NCBI GenBank assembly: GCA_951406725.2
Contig: OX597828.1
Coordinates: forward strand, 22,506,001-22,570,000
Length of the DNA: 64,000 nucleotides
Source of the DNA: Octopus vulgaris
Lineage: Eukaryota
Direction of reading: 5' to 3'
Below, piece by piece: positions 26,744 through 42,653 of the stretch. The position numbers and the translations under genes are program-made. Position 1 is the stretch's first letter. The number at the start of each line of letters is the position of its first letter. Below the pieces are notes generated by a model, which was not told where the DNA came from, made no database searches, and worked only from the letters and a program-made list of their open reading frames with translations.

Positions 26744-29700
26744 TTACAGATTTATGCTTAAAATAGTGTCGTCTTTCATACTGACCATTTTTGCCACTTT
26801 TACCCACTTTTTATTAAAACATTCGTTCGACAAAGCCTTCCTCTCTATTCTCATCCTCCTTTTCAAGTGGTACTTGAAAAAGTTGACGAGAGACTGACCA
26901 GAGAGGAAGGTGTTTGTTTGCAGTCCTTTCAAACGCGTCCACCACACACATTCTTTCGCCATAGCCATCAGCGTAACGAAAACCGTTTTCCCTTCCCTTT
27001 TAAAGGAAGGTGGTGGAACAATATTCACGACAGACTCGGCCGATAGGCGAGCCTGACCTACACGTGACAACAGCTGTTCGACGAAGGACCACAGCTCTGA
27101 AATATCTGGACACTGCACGAGTGCGTGCAGAACGGTTTCGTCGCTCTGACCGCATCTCGGGCAGGTCGGTCCGGTGATGGTTTTCGAACCGTGTCTGTAG
27201 CTCTTCTCTCGAACAGGTAGTGCGTCTCGATAGCACTGCCAAGCCAGGGATTTCTGGAAGTTATCCATAGGCCCCGGCCCGAACGTCGTCCTGAACAGGC
27301 GGGTTAGGAATTCCTCGTCGACGCCCAGGTTTGCCCCGAGTGTGTCGTCGGACCTCCCCTCCACTACTCCTCTATAGAACGCTTTAGTCGTTTGTAAGTT
27401 GGACAAGTTTGACCCCGGTCGGCAGAGCTGCTGTGAGAGCTTGGCGACACTCTCGGTGCCAATCGCCCAGTTTCGGTCTCTTCTTGATCCACGTTTGCAG
27501 TTCGGTCAGTGAGACGAGCTGCGGGAAGTCGCGCCTCACAAACGGCGCCCACACCTGTTCACCGTCGTCGATGAATTTCCAGAGATGTCGCAGTCTCAGC
27601 GCATGCCTGCGCACCATCAACCACGGCATGCCCAGTCCTCCATTCAACGGATGTTGACAGCAAATGGACTTGCTCACCATCGGAACGCCACCCTTCCACA
27701 GGAAGCGGAAGAGTATGCGTTCCAGTTTGGTGATGGTGGCGTCGGGACAAGGTACGACGGTCAGGCGGTAATCGATGACGGATGCGATGTACGCGTTCGC
27801 CACCTCCGCCCGGCCTTTTAGAGACAGCTTTCTCTCGGCCCATGTTTGGCTGAGAGCGACCACTCTACTCGTGATCTCGTCCCAGTTCTTATCCATTTGG
27901 AGGTCCGGACTGAACCAGACCCCGAGCAATTTAACCGGTCCGTCCGTCCAGCGTCCCACTACTGAGCCGCAGTCGGACGGCATGGGCTTGCTTCTCCAGG
28001 TGCCGAGTAGCAAACCCACTGACTTTTCCGGGTTAATCTTTGCTCCCGTCACCGTTTCATATTTTCTTAGTGTCTCGCCTATCATCTTGATGTGTTTGTC
28101 GCTCGACACTATGACGGTGACATCGTCCGCATATGCCGACACGCTCGTCCCGCAACACAGTTCCCGTGGGATGCCCCTCAGTGTCGCCAGCTTCCGCAGT
28201 AGCGGCTCGCGAGTCAATACATACAGAAGCGCCGACAGGGGACACCCCTGACGGACCGAACGCGTGATGTCAAACGGTTTCGACATGTGACCGTTCACCC
28301 GAATCACCGATCGGATGCCGCTATACAAGGCAGCGATCCAACCGCGGAAGACGGGACCGAAGCCAGCCGCCCTGAGGACGGCCGCCAAGTACCGATGGTC
28401 GACCCTATCGAAGGCTTTTGACTGATCCAAATTTATCAGCGCCCCACCCATGCCAAGATCCTTAACTACCCTGTCCACAATGTAGCGCATCAGATGGAGG
28501 TTGTCATGTATGGTTCTGCCCGGCACGGCGCATGTTTGCGCCCTGTCGACCAGTTTACCAATGACAAGCGCCAACCTCTCGGCTATTACTTTGGCCAAAA
28601 TTTTCAAATCTGCGTTGAGCAGAGTGATGGGCCTGAAATTATCTATAAAATTCCCCTTGTTTGAGTCTTTCTTCAGCAACGTCAATGCACCTCGGCTCAC
28701 GAAACCGGGGATTCTCCCGTTTTGTTGCCAGTTGCAGTAGACTGATGCCAAGAGGTCGCCAAACAAGTCTGGCATTCGACAATACAGCTCGTAGGGTAAA
28801 CCATCCAATCCAGGCGTCTTATCTCTCGCGCAGCCCGCCATCGCATCCCACACGTCAGCGGCTGTGATGGGACTTTCACAACACTCCGCTTCTCTTGCCG
28901 AGAGCCGCGGCAGGTCGGTCAGGTAGGCACTGAAATCCATCCCGCGTTCCGACCGACCACTCGCACCAAACAGTCGAGCAAAGTGCTGTTGAAAGGCCTC
29001 ACACATCCTTTCGGGTTCGAGTAAACTGCATCCCTGTTGATCTATTAGAGACCGAATGGTTGATCTGTTGCCACGCTGCGCCTCCGCTACCCGGGCCTCT
29101 CGCGCAGCTTCAATCCCTTCGTTCCTTAAGGCACGCATTTTAGCTCTGACGACGCAACCTTCGTGCTTGGCGTTGAGGTGTTGGTCGAGGGCCATCCTCG
29201 CAGCCAGCACGTTGGTTGCGCTGCCAGTGGTAAGTGCCTCTTCTAGTTTCTTAACTAAGTCTGCCTCTACTCTATTTCGTTCTATCGCTAATTCCTTGCT
29301 AAACCTAATTGATTCCGATTTTATTGCCATTTTCAGGGCGTACCACCAGCGGTTGTTAACGACCGCTCCCGTCAGCGCCCTCTTAAGTAACTCGCTAATC
29401 CGGTTCCTGTAAACCTGTCGCGCTAACAGCGACGTGTTCAGTTTCCAGTAACCGGGACCCTGCCTATGTGTTTTATCTAAGTCGAGCGTACACGTAACAA
29501 ATTTGTAATCTGTGTAGCTGACTATTTTAAATTGTGGACATCCTACACTATCCCAATCCGCTGTCCTGCATAGAATTCTATCTAGATAAGATCTCGACGA
29601 TCCGACGCGGTTTGTCCAAGTTCACGTTGGCACGTTCGGATGGTCGAGTCGGAACCTGTCAGACAAATGGAAACGTCTGAGCAGGTCTTTGAGGCTCTTA

Positions 29701-30194
29701 CACCCCCTTCTATTCCTATCCCTTCCCACATAATCTAGATGCGTGTCCAAGGTAGCGTTCCAATCCCCTACTAACAGTAAAGGTCTAGACGTACCCAGGA
29801 AAACCTCTAGACGTCTGAAGAAATCCGCCCGACCCGTTAAGGACGGTGCATAAACTGCCATCAGACGGAATGCACACCCATTTCTGCCATCCACGTCCAA
29901 GACAACCAGCCTACCCTCCGTGTCTAGGAATATTGCTCTTACTTTTACCTTTAGACTCTTTCAAAAAAGCACCGCAGTACCTCCACCACCCATGTTCGGC
30001 AGACAGGGAGAAAAATAAATGTCAAATTGATTGCCAAACATGGACTCGAGGGCCCGCGGCTTACTGAGTCTGGTTTCACTGATAGCTACTATATCCACGT
30101 CCAGTGACTTGATGTCGTTTAGAAGGTAACCTTGCTTCCAAGCCGACGCCAAGCCACGCGCATTCACACAACCTAATTTAAGCATACTTGACAT
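26744..30194 (-). pseudogene. Tx1-like ORF2: AP endonuclease, reverse transcriptase and C-terminal zinc finger (two in-frame stops, one frameshift)
   Basis: APE motifs CVNARGL, ISETR, VYAP, VGDWNA, YLDRI, PGYWKLN. RT motifs PGLDGLP, FRPITLLNADLKI, DQSKAFDRVDH, RQGCPLS, YADD. Zinc finger CPRCGQSDETVLHALVQC. TGA at 29961-63 and 29622-24, frameshift near 27430. Confidence 0.93.
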
Positions 30195-30251
30195 TTACGA
30201 AAATTGTGTTTTACACACTATATTAGAAGAGACAAGAGGCAAGAAGTGAGG

Positions 30252-32132
30252 TCACTTACTCATTTTAAAAGTTTCATTTTTTTCTTCTTCTTCTTTTGTA
30301 TTGTTTTTGATGAGGTGTTTGTATAGTTTTTTCGACAGGTATCGTTGATACCCGCCTACCGCATTCGGAAATATTGTTTTCAGTATGTGGTGTTGTGCTT
30401 GTGTTATGTGTAAAATTCTGATGTGTTTCGGTGGTGTGGTGTGCGGATGATTGTTTGTCTTAAAGTCATCTTCACAGATGACCATGTTAGATTTGATGTA
30501 GTCCATTAATTCTTTATTGTCTGTGTCTATTGCAGTTAGTTGTGTGTGTGGTTTTACGGGTTCATTACTTTTTTGATTGTCTAGGGGGATGTTGTCCTGA
30601 GTTAGATATCTCCCTGCTTTACTTCCTTGTTTGGTGGATTTTTTGGATCTTTTTCTTTTACCCCCTGTGGCTACTTGCCATTCCGTCGAACTTTCGTCGT
30701 CCGACGTATCAGTATGGGGTAGAGGCAAAACATTTGCATTACTATGCATGCTTGTATAAATTGTTGATGTTTTGTGCGGTGTTTGTGTTGTTGTGGTGTT
30801 ATGGGTAGCATTTGTCTTCTCGTCAATGTTTTCTGTCTTTTTAATTGTCGTCCTGGGTGTGGGTGTGGATCTATTTTTTGTTAATTCAACAGGTTTAATT
30901 GGTTGTGAAGTCAACGGTGATTGTGTTGTTACTGTTTCTTTTCTTGGTGATATTGGGGTTTGTTTGCTGGTTTGTTGTTTTTCTTGGCATTGTTCCATAA
31001 TTGAGTGTGTTGGTGTTGGCAACAAAGGGATTTTATTTGTTTTCTGATTTGTTTTCTTGTTTTTTCTGTATCAGATCGCACTTGGCAATCAAATGTTCGG
31101 GGCTGCCACATTTGTAGCATCTAGGCTTTTGCCTTCTGCCATAACATATAGGCATTGCCCATTCTCCAAGTATATCTTGTCGGGTAGGCTCTCGATAGAG
31201 GCCCCCTCAATCTGGATGGTCACTACTACTGTTTTTCCACCCCAATTGTCGTTTAGGTACACGGCTGTTTCTAAAATATAGATATTTTTCAAGTGGTAAC
31301 AGATTGCCCCTGTTATCCATTTGTTCGGCATATCGGGGTGTACATTTCTGATAGTAATTCTACTCACTCTCTGGTTTTTATAATAAGGGACCATGATGAT
31401 TTCATCATTTCCCAGAGACTCAGTAGAGTGAGCTTTTGCCACTTCCTGGTTAGGGAAGCAGACCACTACTGTGTTAAACTGGGGACCCCAGTTTATATAC
31501 TCTTTTTCTTTCATTATGTTTTTTAAACATTTTTCCACATCAGTTTTTGTAATCTGTTCATTTGGTTTTTTGGTTTTTCTAATAATTTTATATACAATTG
31601 TCTTATTTTCTATTTCTTGTTTTATATGTTGAGGTGTATGCAGCACTAAATCTTGTCCACGGGTTGTAAAGAGAGCTCTTGTCTCTATGAGCTCTTCATT
31701 TGTGAATGTTACTATTTCTTTCTTTTGGCGAAGAATGTCTGCGAAATTTACTGATGTTGTTGATTTTTTTGTATTAACATCTTCACTATTAGATAGTTCA
31801 TTTTTATTGTTGTTCTTGTTGTTGCTGTTGTTTTTGTCAATAGTTTTCGTTTCAGTTTTATTTTTATCATTTATGTTGGTCGTGGTAGTGGTGGTGGTGG
31901 TGGTGGAGGTGGTGGTGGTAGCAGTTGTAGTCTCGTGGTTGCTGTTGTTAGTGGTGGTGGTGGCGGTGGTGACAGGGCTGATACCGCACGTGGTTGCAGC
32001 GTTCATTTCACCGATTTTTATGTTTGCATTTTCCGTGCGTACGTTCTTTTTTTTCTCTATCGTTTCCAGACTAGGAAAATGTTGTTCCATAAAAGAACGC
32101 GACCAGCGCTCTACAATAAAATTTCTAGACAT
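30252..32132 (-). pseudogene. Tx1-like ORF1 (gag-like nucleic-acid-binding protein with CCHC knuckle), disrupted by compensating indels
   Basis: ORFs 31089..32132 and 30252..31025 share a frame. Between them an alternative frame reads RCYKCGSPEHLIAKC (CX2CX4HX4C) at ~31078-31122. Confidence 0.85.
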
Positions 32133-32338
32133 TTTCTAATGTCGAGAATAAAATTACAGAAATGAAATGGGGTCGAAACTGCCCCTAGGGGCGAATTCCT
32201 CCCTTGGAAAAGCACTCAAACGAAAGTTGGTTGCCTTACACACCTTATTTGCAAAAATTTACACATTGGGCTATAAATAGTCAAAATAAACAATTACCTT
32301 CGGAGCTGAACTGACATCACATCCGTCAATAGATAGAC

Positions 32339-32500
<162 letters not shown>

Positions 32501-32704
32501 TCTCCTTCCAGAGCAGAAGGGCAAATTATACGGAAGGACAAATTGTTCCGGACTAGTATAACAAATCTTAGTCAGGCGACGAAAGAAATAGAAATAGTAT
32601 GCTACTCTCCAGCCTAATCTTTCTCATAACAATACATGGATAGGCTAGTTAAAGAAAATAAGGAACGCAGGGCTGCTGACGTCGTTGTAGTACGGTTTGG
32701 AAGT

Positions 32705-33092
32705 GGAGTGGAAGCACTCCGTCGGTCACGACGACGAGGGTTCCGGTTGATCCGATCAACGGAACAGCCCGCTCGTGAAATTAACGTGTAAGTGACTGAG
32801 CACTCCACAGACACGTGTAACCTTAACGTAATTCTCGGGGATATTCAGCGTGACACAGAGAGTGACAAGGCCGGCCCTTTGAAATACAGGTACAACAGAA
32901 ACAGGAAGTAAGAGTGAGAAAAAGTTGTGGTGAAAGAATACAGCTGGGATCACCACCATTCCTGCCGGAGCCTCGTGGAGCTTTTTAGGTGTTTTCGCTC
33001 AATAAACACTCACAACGCTCGGTCTGGGAATCGAAACCGCGATCCTACGACCGCGAGTCCGTTGCCCTAACCACTGTGCCATTGCGCCGCCG
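32705..33092 (-). mobile_element. Family C-type SINE with 12-bp TSD
   Basis: TSD CGGTTTGGAAGT at 32693-32704 and 33093-33104; tRNA-like head on the minus strand; same family as 40075-40468. Confidence 0.88.
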
Positions 33093-33330
33093 CGGTTTGG
33101 AAGTAATAAGCACGACGGACAAGACAAGTGATGCGTTGTAGAAAGAGAGCTGCTGTGGTTTGTAAGACCTTATGACCTTTCTACATTACAATGCCATTCT
33201 GTAGGTTTGCTTCCTCGACAGAGTAGAAACAAAACCAGTTCGACCAGCTGTGTACAGTAATAAATCATCATAAGTCCCATAAATAAGTGCAAGTTGAGCA
33301 CTAGATCGATGTGTTGTTACTATTATTATT

Positions 33331-33760
33331 TTAGTTTGGCTCAGGTTCGTTCTTATTCCTGGTAGAATTTATATGGGTGGCGGGTTACTACCTGTAACCT
33401 TAGGTATCCACAAGTTTTCAGAAGTCTTTCAAGTACTTAGGACCCTCCTTATAATTCTTGCTCTCCCTAAATGACAAACTTTCTGCAGGAGCTCTACCAG
33501 GTATTCTATTTCAGTCTCCTTCAGCCATTTGTCTATATATCTGCTTACTGTTCCCAACGCACCAATTATTAGTGACACGAAGTTTACTGTTTGCTTGCTC
33601 CAAATTCTTCCTATTTCAAATTTCAAGGTCTTGTAAATATATGTATATTTTTTCTCTTCCTTTTTCTTTACGATCCTTCAATCAATCAGTCATGTTGGGT
33701 CGATAATTAAGCAACTTCACACTTTATCATTATGACCCGTCTAATATTTTCTGACTTTCG
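33331..33760 (-). mobile_element. R4/Dong-type (restriction-like endonuclease) LINE 3' fragment
   Basis: RPNM..., LKFEIGRIW..., SLIIGALGTV..., LLQKVCHLGRARIIRRVL, typical of the RLE-domain C-terminus. Flanked by degenerate (TAA)/(TAG) triplet repeats. Confidence 0.75.
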
Positions 33761-36700
33761 TCCGTCATTAGAGTACTAGTCGTGTTAGTAGTTGTGATAG
33801 TAATAATAGTAATACTAGTAGCAGTAATAAAAATAGAAGTAGCGTTGTTAATTTTGTTATTAATATTTTTTGCGACTGTTTTGAAGGAAGCATGTAGCAC
33901 ACGCTGACCTAGAATATTTAGTTACAACTTCTTATATTCTCTGCTCAAATGTCGCTGACATCTATTTTACGTTTTTATCTTTCTTTTCGTTGGATAAAGT
34001 AAACAAATCGAATACTAAAAAATTTATATAATCGAGTATTATTTTCTCTTCTAGCAATAACTTACGCGCATGACGAGGAAAAATATGCATGAAAAATATT
34101 CAAGGTCAACAAACGCTTGATGTTAATGTTCCAAGGATGTAATAGTATTTAAACATACTAAAACCAATATTTTCCTAGGACAGGTTATTATAGAACTAGT
34201 TGCATGTGGTTTGGTTCCTACGAAGTTTAAACCAATAACTGGACAGAAAATTTTTTTCAGTGTCGTAATGCCAATAATTCTATAACTGAGTGGAAGTATG
34301 CCCGCGGCTTTTATTCTGTTTTGAGAAAGGTTATTATAATCATTTGGTGGAATTGTTATAGGAACAAGAAACTAATTCCAGGTTTATTAAGCACTTAAGT
34401 GTCTGTCTGTCTGTCTGCTTCTCTATTCTTATTTGTTTGTTTGTCTGCATGTTAAAGATCCATGTTAACTGCTGCCGTTTTCTTCTCCCCCATCCGCCCA
34501 CCCCACCATTATTAATGTATTGCATTGTTGCTGTCATCGTTATCGCTGTTGTCCGCCTCCTCCTCCTCCTTCTCTTCCACTTCCGCAAAATGTTCGATCA
34601 TTATTGCCACTTACGCCAGCGTCGCCACTGCTAAACCGAAAACTACCATTACCATGAATAACATTATCGCAATCATCGTCGTCGTCGTCGTCATCAGCAT
34701 GATCATCATGATCCTCATGATCGTCCTGATCCTCATCATCATCATCATCATCATCATCAACATCATTATCATCAACATCATCATCATCATTATCACCATC
34801 ATCAACATCAACACCATCAACATCATCATCATCAACATTATCATCATCATCAACATCAATATCATCAACATCAACACCATCATCAACATCAACATCAACA
34901 TCATCATCATCATCATCATCATCATCAACATCACCTCCGCCGCCTTCTTTTTCTTCTTATCACTGTTATCAATATCATCGTCGCCATCATCCTCCCCACA
35001 ATCATTATAACTATCACCATCATCACATTTGTTATTGATAGAATAATTTATTCAGTATTTCTTAATATAAATATATATATATATATTAATGTTTCTAGAA
35101 AAGCTACGTAGGTGGTCATTACTGCAAAGATTTATTCATGATAATAAGGTCAATTTCCTATTTGTCTCTGCATATCATCAAAAACAATATTCGCTTACGA
35201 CAATAACTGAGACCTATGTGGATCTTACTGGATTATGACTGACAATTTAGATACATACCGTTTTGACACACTTCCTGTCAGTCACTACATCATTATCAGT
35301 AACCTAAAATAACGTCACACTTTAGATGGTGTCGAAATTGTGATGATATTTGGTTGACAATTAATGATGGGTTTCGCTTGTGCAATTTTCCCACCTTTTT
35401 TTCATGTTTATTTATTGTAAAATACTTTGCTATACCTAATTACCACTTTCTATCATTATATTAACTTCACTAAATTATTTATAACACACAATTGTATGCG
35501 ATGCAGAGAAGGCATCCAAATTATGATGGTATTTGTTCGACAACTGATGATGGGTGATGTTGGTCTGCATCCAGCGAGTTGGTTTTCTTAAAAATTCTTT
35601 CCGCCTTAACTTTTATACTATCTTCCTATTATTCTTGATAATTATTTTTGATCCTAGATTTTGATTTCTCTTGGTGATATAGGTTTTGCAGTTTATATTT
35701 TAGATTCCTATTTTTAATACTTCTTGCTGCTTATAGTGTTGTCGTTGTTGCTCCTGTTGTTCATAATCTGTTTTGGTCTGATGAAGCGGATATCAGAAGA
35801 AAAGCGTTTCAACTATGAGGCTCTTATATTTTATATTTTCAGACTCAGGGTATCTAGGAAGTACATTTTCCAATGTGTCCAGAAACAAACTGAAGAACAG
35901 GAAGTAGGAAGAGGTCACTCTTTCCACTTTCATAATGTATCGCACTGCGATGTTGAACAATGAGTCAGGTATGAGAAAAAGTGGCTTAACAGAAAAAAGG
36001 AACCAAAAAAATGAAGTAAAATTATGCCAAGCGAATTGCATCCACGTCCTATCTAGAAGGGCCTACGTTTGTCAATATCTCTCCCTGTCTGTCAGTCACT
36101 CTATCGTTATCTTTCTATCTGTATCATTATCATCATCAACATCCTCATCATCATCATCCTCATCATCATCAACATCAATATCATCAATATCAACATCATC
36201 ACCATCATCAACATCAACATCATCATCATGATGATGATCATCATCATCATCAACATCACCTCCGCCGTCTACGTTTTCTATCTGTCTAGCTATCCCCCTC
36301 TCCTTTCTTTCGTAGAGAGCAAGTAATACACGAGTGTTACTCATAGCGAGGTACCAGATGGATATATTGGACAAGTAGGTATTTCTGGTAATTGCCTAGC
36401 TTTAGTAATCCTAGCGATCGGAAGGCGTTCTGAGGCGTTGAGTGTTGCGATTCGTGGGTGGATCAATCACAAAATTTCTTTTTCAAACTTTCTGGTTTCG
36501 TAAGTTTCGACTTCAGATCTGGCTCAGATCAATTTGCCTTTCATTACTTCTTGTATTTTGGGGTAATGTACGAAATAACACATCGGTTATACTAGCGGCT
36601 TTGATGGCGTCCTCCGAAAAGCTTTTGAAATAACATTACTGTTTAGAGTGCATGACTCGGATATCAGAGGCGCTACTTCTCCGCATTGAGAGATCAGAGC

Positions 36701-37427
36701 TGCTATATGTGATAAAAATGTTATGAGAAAGAATCACTGAACATGTTTTGCGGGGAAAATCAAACGGCAGTATATAAGTGTGTGTGTCTACGTATGTATA
36801 CATCTATATATATATATATATATATACATATATAAATGCATGTGTATGTGTATGCGTATGTACGTGAGTGTATTTGTGTGTACGTGTGCGTGTATAAATA
36901 TATACATATGCATAATATACAGGGTAACTTTTATATTGGTTGGATAAATATCCATAACCTCGTTTGGTCACACTTGCGGATTCAGCCGGATCAATAGGAA
37001 ATAGTTAATTCTAACAGCATCCGATTGATGGCGTGCATGAGGTCTCCGCCATCACGAAGCACCCAGGATTAAATAGAAGATAAGATGAAATGGGATGAGA
37101 TTATATCTTGTATACAGGTCAATTTAATCGATGATGCCCCATCCGACAAATCTCAGGCTGTGCATCTATATTAGAAGGAATTATATAATTTTTTTCATTA
37201 TTTATTCTGCGATTTTATGTAATCATATTTATTCGGGGCTTTTAATTTGTATCCAATTTTTTATTATGTTGATTCTAAAATATTTTTAACATTCATTTTG
37301 TTTTTATTATCACTTCGCTTTCGCCATCCACCCTCACGCAATGTTCTTTCATTAAGTCCATCAATAATGATATATTTCTATGTAAGTAATAGCCCATGTG
37401 GCTACTAAAGAAATTACTTTTATCGTA

Positions 37428-37501
<74 letters not shown>

Positions 37502-37639
37502 CATTATTATTATTATTATCATTATTATTATTGTTATAATTATTAACATCATCAGCAGCAGCGTCACCACCACCACCACCACCACCACTACCACCATCAC
37601 TATCATCATCATCATGAACATCATCATCAATTTTCATTA

Positions 37640-37681
<42 letters not shown>

Positions 37682-38655
37682 TTATTTTTCAATATTAGTA
37701 AGTATCCAGCATGTTTCTGCAAAGCTTAAGAAGTGTATATATAGTTGTAAGTTTTGGAGTATGAGTGCACGTATGTGTGTGTGTGTGTATTTACGTATGT
37801 GTGTGTTTGTGTGTATGTGTGTGTGTGTGTGGATGTACTTGGTGGAGGAAATTATATGTATAAGTGCCTGTTTGTGTACGTGATTGTGACGTGGTCGTGT
37901 ACGTTTTTATGAAGCATACGTAATCAAGTTGTTTGTCTATAGGAAATTTAATTCACATTTGTACACACGTAAATTTTGTTATACAAACACACACACACAC
38001 GCACACACATACACACACACACGCACACACATACACACACACACGCACACACATACACACACACACGCACACACATACACACACACAAGCAAAAAGAAAG
38101 GAAACGTGAAAGGGAAAGAGAATCGGGAAAAGAGAGTGGAAGAATGAGAGAAGACAAAATGAAACTGGCAGACAGGAATAAAGATGCATAGAGAGAAAGG
38201 ATGGAGAGAGAGAGAGAGAGAGAGAGAGAATTAGAAATATATAGACATATGTATATATAGAGAGGAACAGAAATAGATATGCTGAGATATAGTGAGATAC
38301 ATAGAGAATTTTAAAAAAACATAGTAAACGATACAAAGATGGCGACGGGGAACAAATAAAAATAAATTTGCTGAATTCACAGTAAGAGCTTATCTTTGAA
38401 CTGTTCTATCAAGAGATGGCAGTTGACAGATAGTTCATATTACATTAATGGAGATTTAGCTATAATATACACCCACATAAACATTTACCTCTGGAGATTA
38501 ATATTGTTTAACTGTACACAACGTTTTGTATTTTCTATATCATCTATTAGCATTAATCTATGCTGGAAATATTGTACATTAAGTGTTTGTTTTGTTTTGC
38601 TTTCCTAACCAGTATACACATGCAAGTACATACGTATATGAATAAATATTCATGT

Positions 38656-38687
<32 letters not shown>

Positions 38688-38741
38688 CTAGACATACAGA
38701 CGCGCACGCGAACATACACACATATAAATGAACATATATAT

Positions 38742-38807
<66 letters not shown>

Positions 38808-38922
38808 TACATAAATATAAATAGATATGTAAATATACACCACTATATACATAAATGTATCTATCTATCTAGCCATATATATGTGTTTGTATATATGTAT
38901 CAATGCATATATACAAATGTTT

Positions 38923-38968
<46 letters not shown>

Positions 38969-39590
38969 TTATATAAACGCACGAGTGTGCGTTTGCATAT
39001 GTGCGTGAGTGTATTTGTGTGTACGTGTGTGTAAATATTTACATATGCATAATATAGAGGATAATTTTTTTTATTTATTAAAATTATCTTCGCTCCTGAG
39101 AGGTACGCACGTTACTCAATGGCAACTGGTACTAACTCTGAATGTGAAGAGCACATACTGTCAAACTTGAAGAGTTCTCTAAAATTAACATACAATTAAC
39201 GATCACCTGATAGTCTGCAATCAAGCAACATCTCTGCACATGGGCTTCTACCACAATAGGCGTCATCAACACAGCAACTCCCATTCAGCTGACGAAACGC
39301 ATAGGCAAATCTGACTACTTGACTACTGATGGTTAACTATATTTTTTTTCTGAATGACATTTTGGTTTTGAAAACATGCTTTTCATGATTATCAACATAA
39401 TAACAATTCCGAGTTGAAAACAAAGGGTAGATAACCGCTACAAATAATTGTTCTTACATGTGCGAGGCCGAAAACAATTTAAATAAATCAAATTCTAAAC
39501 TTGTACCCATATTCATTATATCTTTTGCTGAACTACATGACATTGGCAACATTAACTTATTTCACTTAGGTCATATTCGTTGTATAATAC

Positions 39591-40468
<878 letters not shown>

Positions 40469-40471
40469 ATA

Positions 40472-40513
<42 letters not shown>

Positions 40514-40548
40514 GTATATATATATGTATATATATATATATATATATT

Positions 40549-40587
<39 letters not shown>

Positions 40588-40588
40588 G

Positions 40589-40620
<32 letters not shown>

Positions 40621-40649
40621 GATATATATGTATATATATATATACATAT

Positions 40650-40704
<55 letters not shown>

Positions 40705-41283
40705 TATACATATATACATATAGATATATACATGCATATATATATATATATATATGTGGGGGGGTTATTCGTTTATTGAGGTATATATATATAAATTAAA
40801 TGCGTTCTTGAGGGTTGTGGGCATATGCATATATAAGTGTGAGTGTGTATGTGCTTGCGTGTGTGTGTGTGTGTGTGTGTTTGTGTGTGTGTGTGCTGAT
40901 TTGCTTTCTGCGTGTCGCTGGAATTTGTTATTTTTTGTTAAAATTTACGCTTTCGTTTACATAAATTATATTTTAGAAACATCAGTCTATTTTTCTATTT
41001 AAAAAAATTACTAATACATGCAAATTAATATTACCCTGTGTATACAAGTCTATAAGATTTGCATGTCTATATAACTTCAGAGATAGGCATGTACATAAAT
41101 AATAAACTCATTTTAGATAAAAAAATATGTAATACTCCCGCACATGCATAATTGTACACATATGCCAAAAAAGTATATCTTCAAAGAACTGCAGTTTGGA
41201 CAAACACACACACGTACACACGCACGTGTACATACATAAATCTACATGCATACACACATACACACACATATATATATATTTAA

Positions 41284-41316
<33 letters not shown>

Positions 41317-41372
41317 GATATATATATACATATATATACACATACATATAGGTAAAAACATGTGTACATGAG

Positions 41373-41403
<31 letters not shown>

Positions 41404-41613
41404 ATACAATATAAATATATAGATATATTTTTATATATATATATATGTGTGTGTGTGTGTTAATGCTTTATTTAAATTTATAGCCATACATCTATAGCTA
41501 TACGTACCTATCTATATATCCATCTTTTTATCTTTCTACCTCTCTATCGATCTACCTACACATCGATCGGCTGTACCCCCTGTCGACATATGTTTGTGTT
41601 CGTGCGTGTGTGG

Positions 41614-41650
<37 letters not shown>

Positions 41651-42047
41651 TGTGCGCGTGTGTGTGTGTGTCTGTGCGTGTGTTTTGTGGAACGAATAAG
41701 AGTGGAGTAGTAAAAATATGTCTGAGACGTTATAGAATTGTATGAAAACTAAAGCCGTGTCACTGTCTCGAATCTCGAAGTTCACAGCCCTGCGGTATAT
41801 TATTGCGTGGAAGCGAAAGAATTTTGCATTCAAAATATTTGTTCGGAGCTAAAATGTTGAGATATCTGATGAAATGAATGGCCCATTATTATAATCTTCG
41901 TAACATCGTTGACCCTAATGACCCCTCATCCTCATTTGAACACCTAAGGTTATCGACTCATTCTACATGCCCTTATTACTTCATGTAGAGTTGAGTCACA
42001 ATGCGTTCATACAATGCATTCATCCATCAACTCATACATTCATACAT

Positions 42048-42090
<43 letters not shown>

Positions 42091-42478
42091 TACACACAGA
42101 TAAAAGATGGAGGTGAAATAGCACAGGAGTAAATCTAAGACATTTCAGTTTTAAAAGAATTTAATAAAATGATCTTAAAATTATATGAAGGATATATAGG
42201 ATATTACGTGTTTTGATGATGAATCTTATCTTAGTAAGATATTAGTAAAAATTTATAAAAATTTGAAGTGAAAACAGTTTATCTCCTGTCTGAGGGTCAA
42301 AAATATGTGTGGAGTGTTTTCATTGAAATCTTCTTGGAATATCGTTTGGTAAAGAGTTCAAAGTGTTAAGGAGTAAGAGAAGGGGTGTCTAAAAGAAATC
42401 TCTCTCGTTTCCTGTCATGCGGGTGTCTTAAAAGCATTTATTGAATGTGTTTAAGTCCACCTGTGTGTGTGTGTGTTT

Positions 42479-42561
<83 letters not shown>

Positions 42562-42653
42562 CGTGCGTTTGTGTATTGTGATGAATGTCTTTTCAATATG
42601 GTTGGATTGTGGCCAGCAGTGTGTTGATGGGCGTGTATGTTCTTTGCTATTCC

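Larger units (their letters stand above)
26461..32329 (-). mobile_element. Near-full-length Tx1-like (L1 clade) non-LTR retrotransposon inserted in (GATA)n
   Basis: ~200-nt 5'UTR, ORF1, 57-nt spacer, ORF2 (APE-RT-zinc finger), and a 3'UTR ending AATAAAAAGT directly into (TATC)n. Flanked by (GATA)n at 26372-26460 and 32330-32500. Confidence 0.93.

Noticed and set aside
27000-29412. Overlapping and antisense ORFs within the Tx1 ORF2
   Set aside because: By-products of GC-rich coding sequence.
35843-35968. Plus-strand exon-like segment (TTTTCAG|...CAG|GTATGA)
   Set aside because: Stops in all three frames and no supporting neighbouring exons; may be chance.
36863-39068. ~70-bp similar segments at 36863-36931 and 39004-39068
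   Set aside because: Largely low-complexity TG/TA sequence; too short to interpret.
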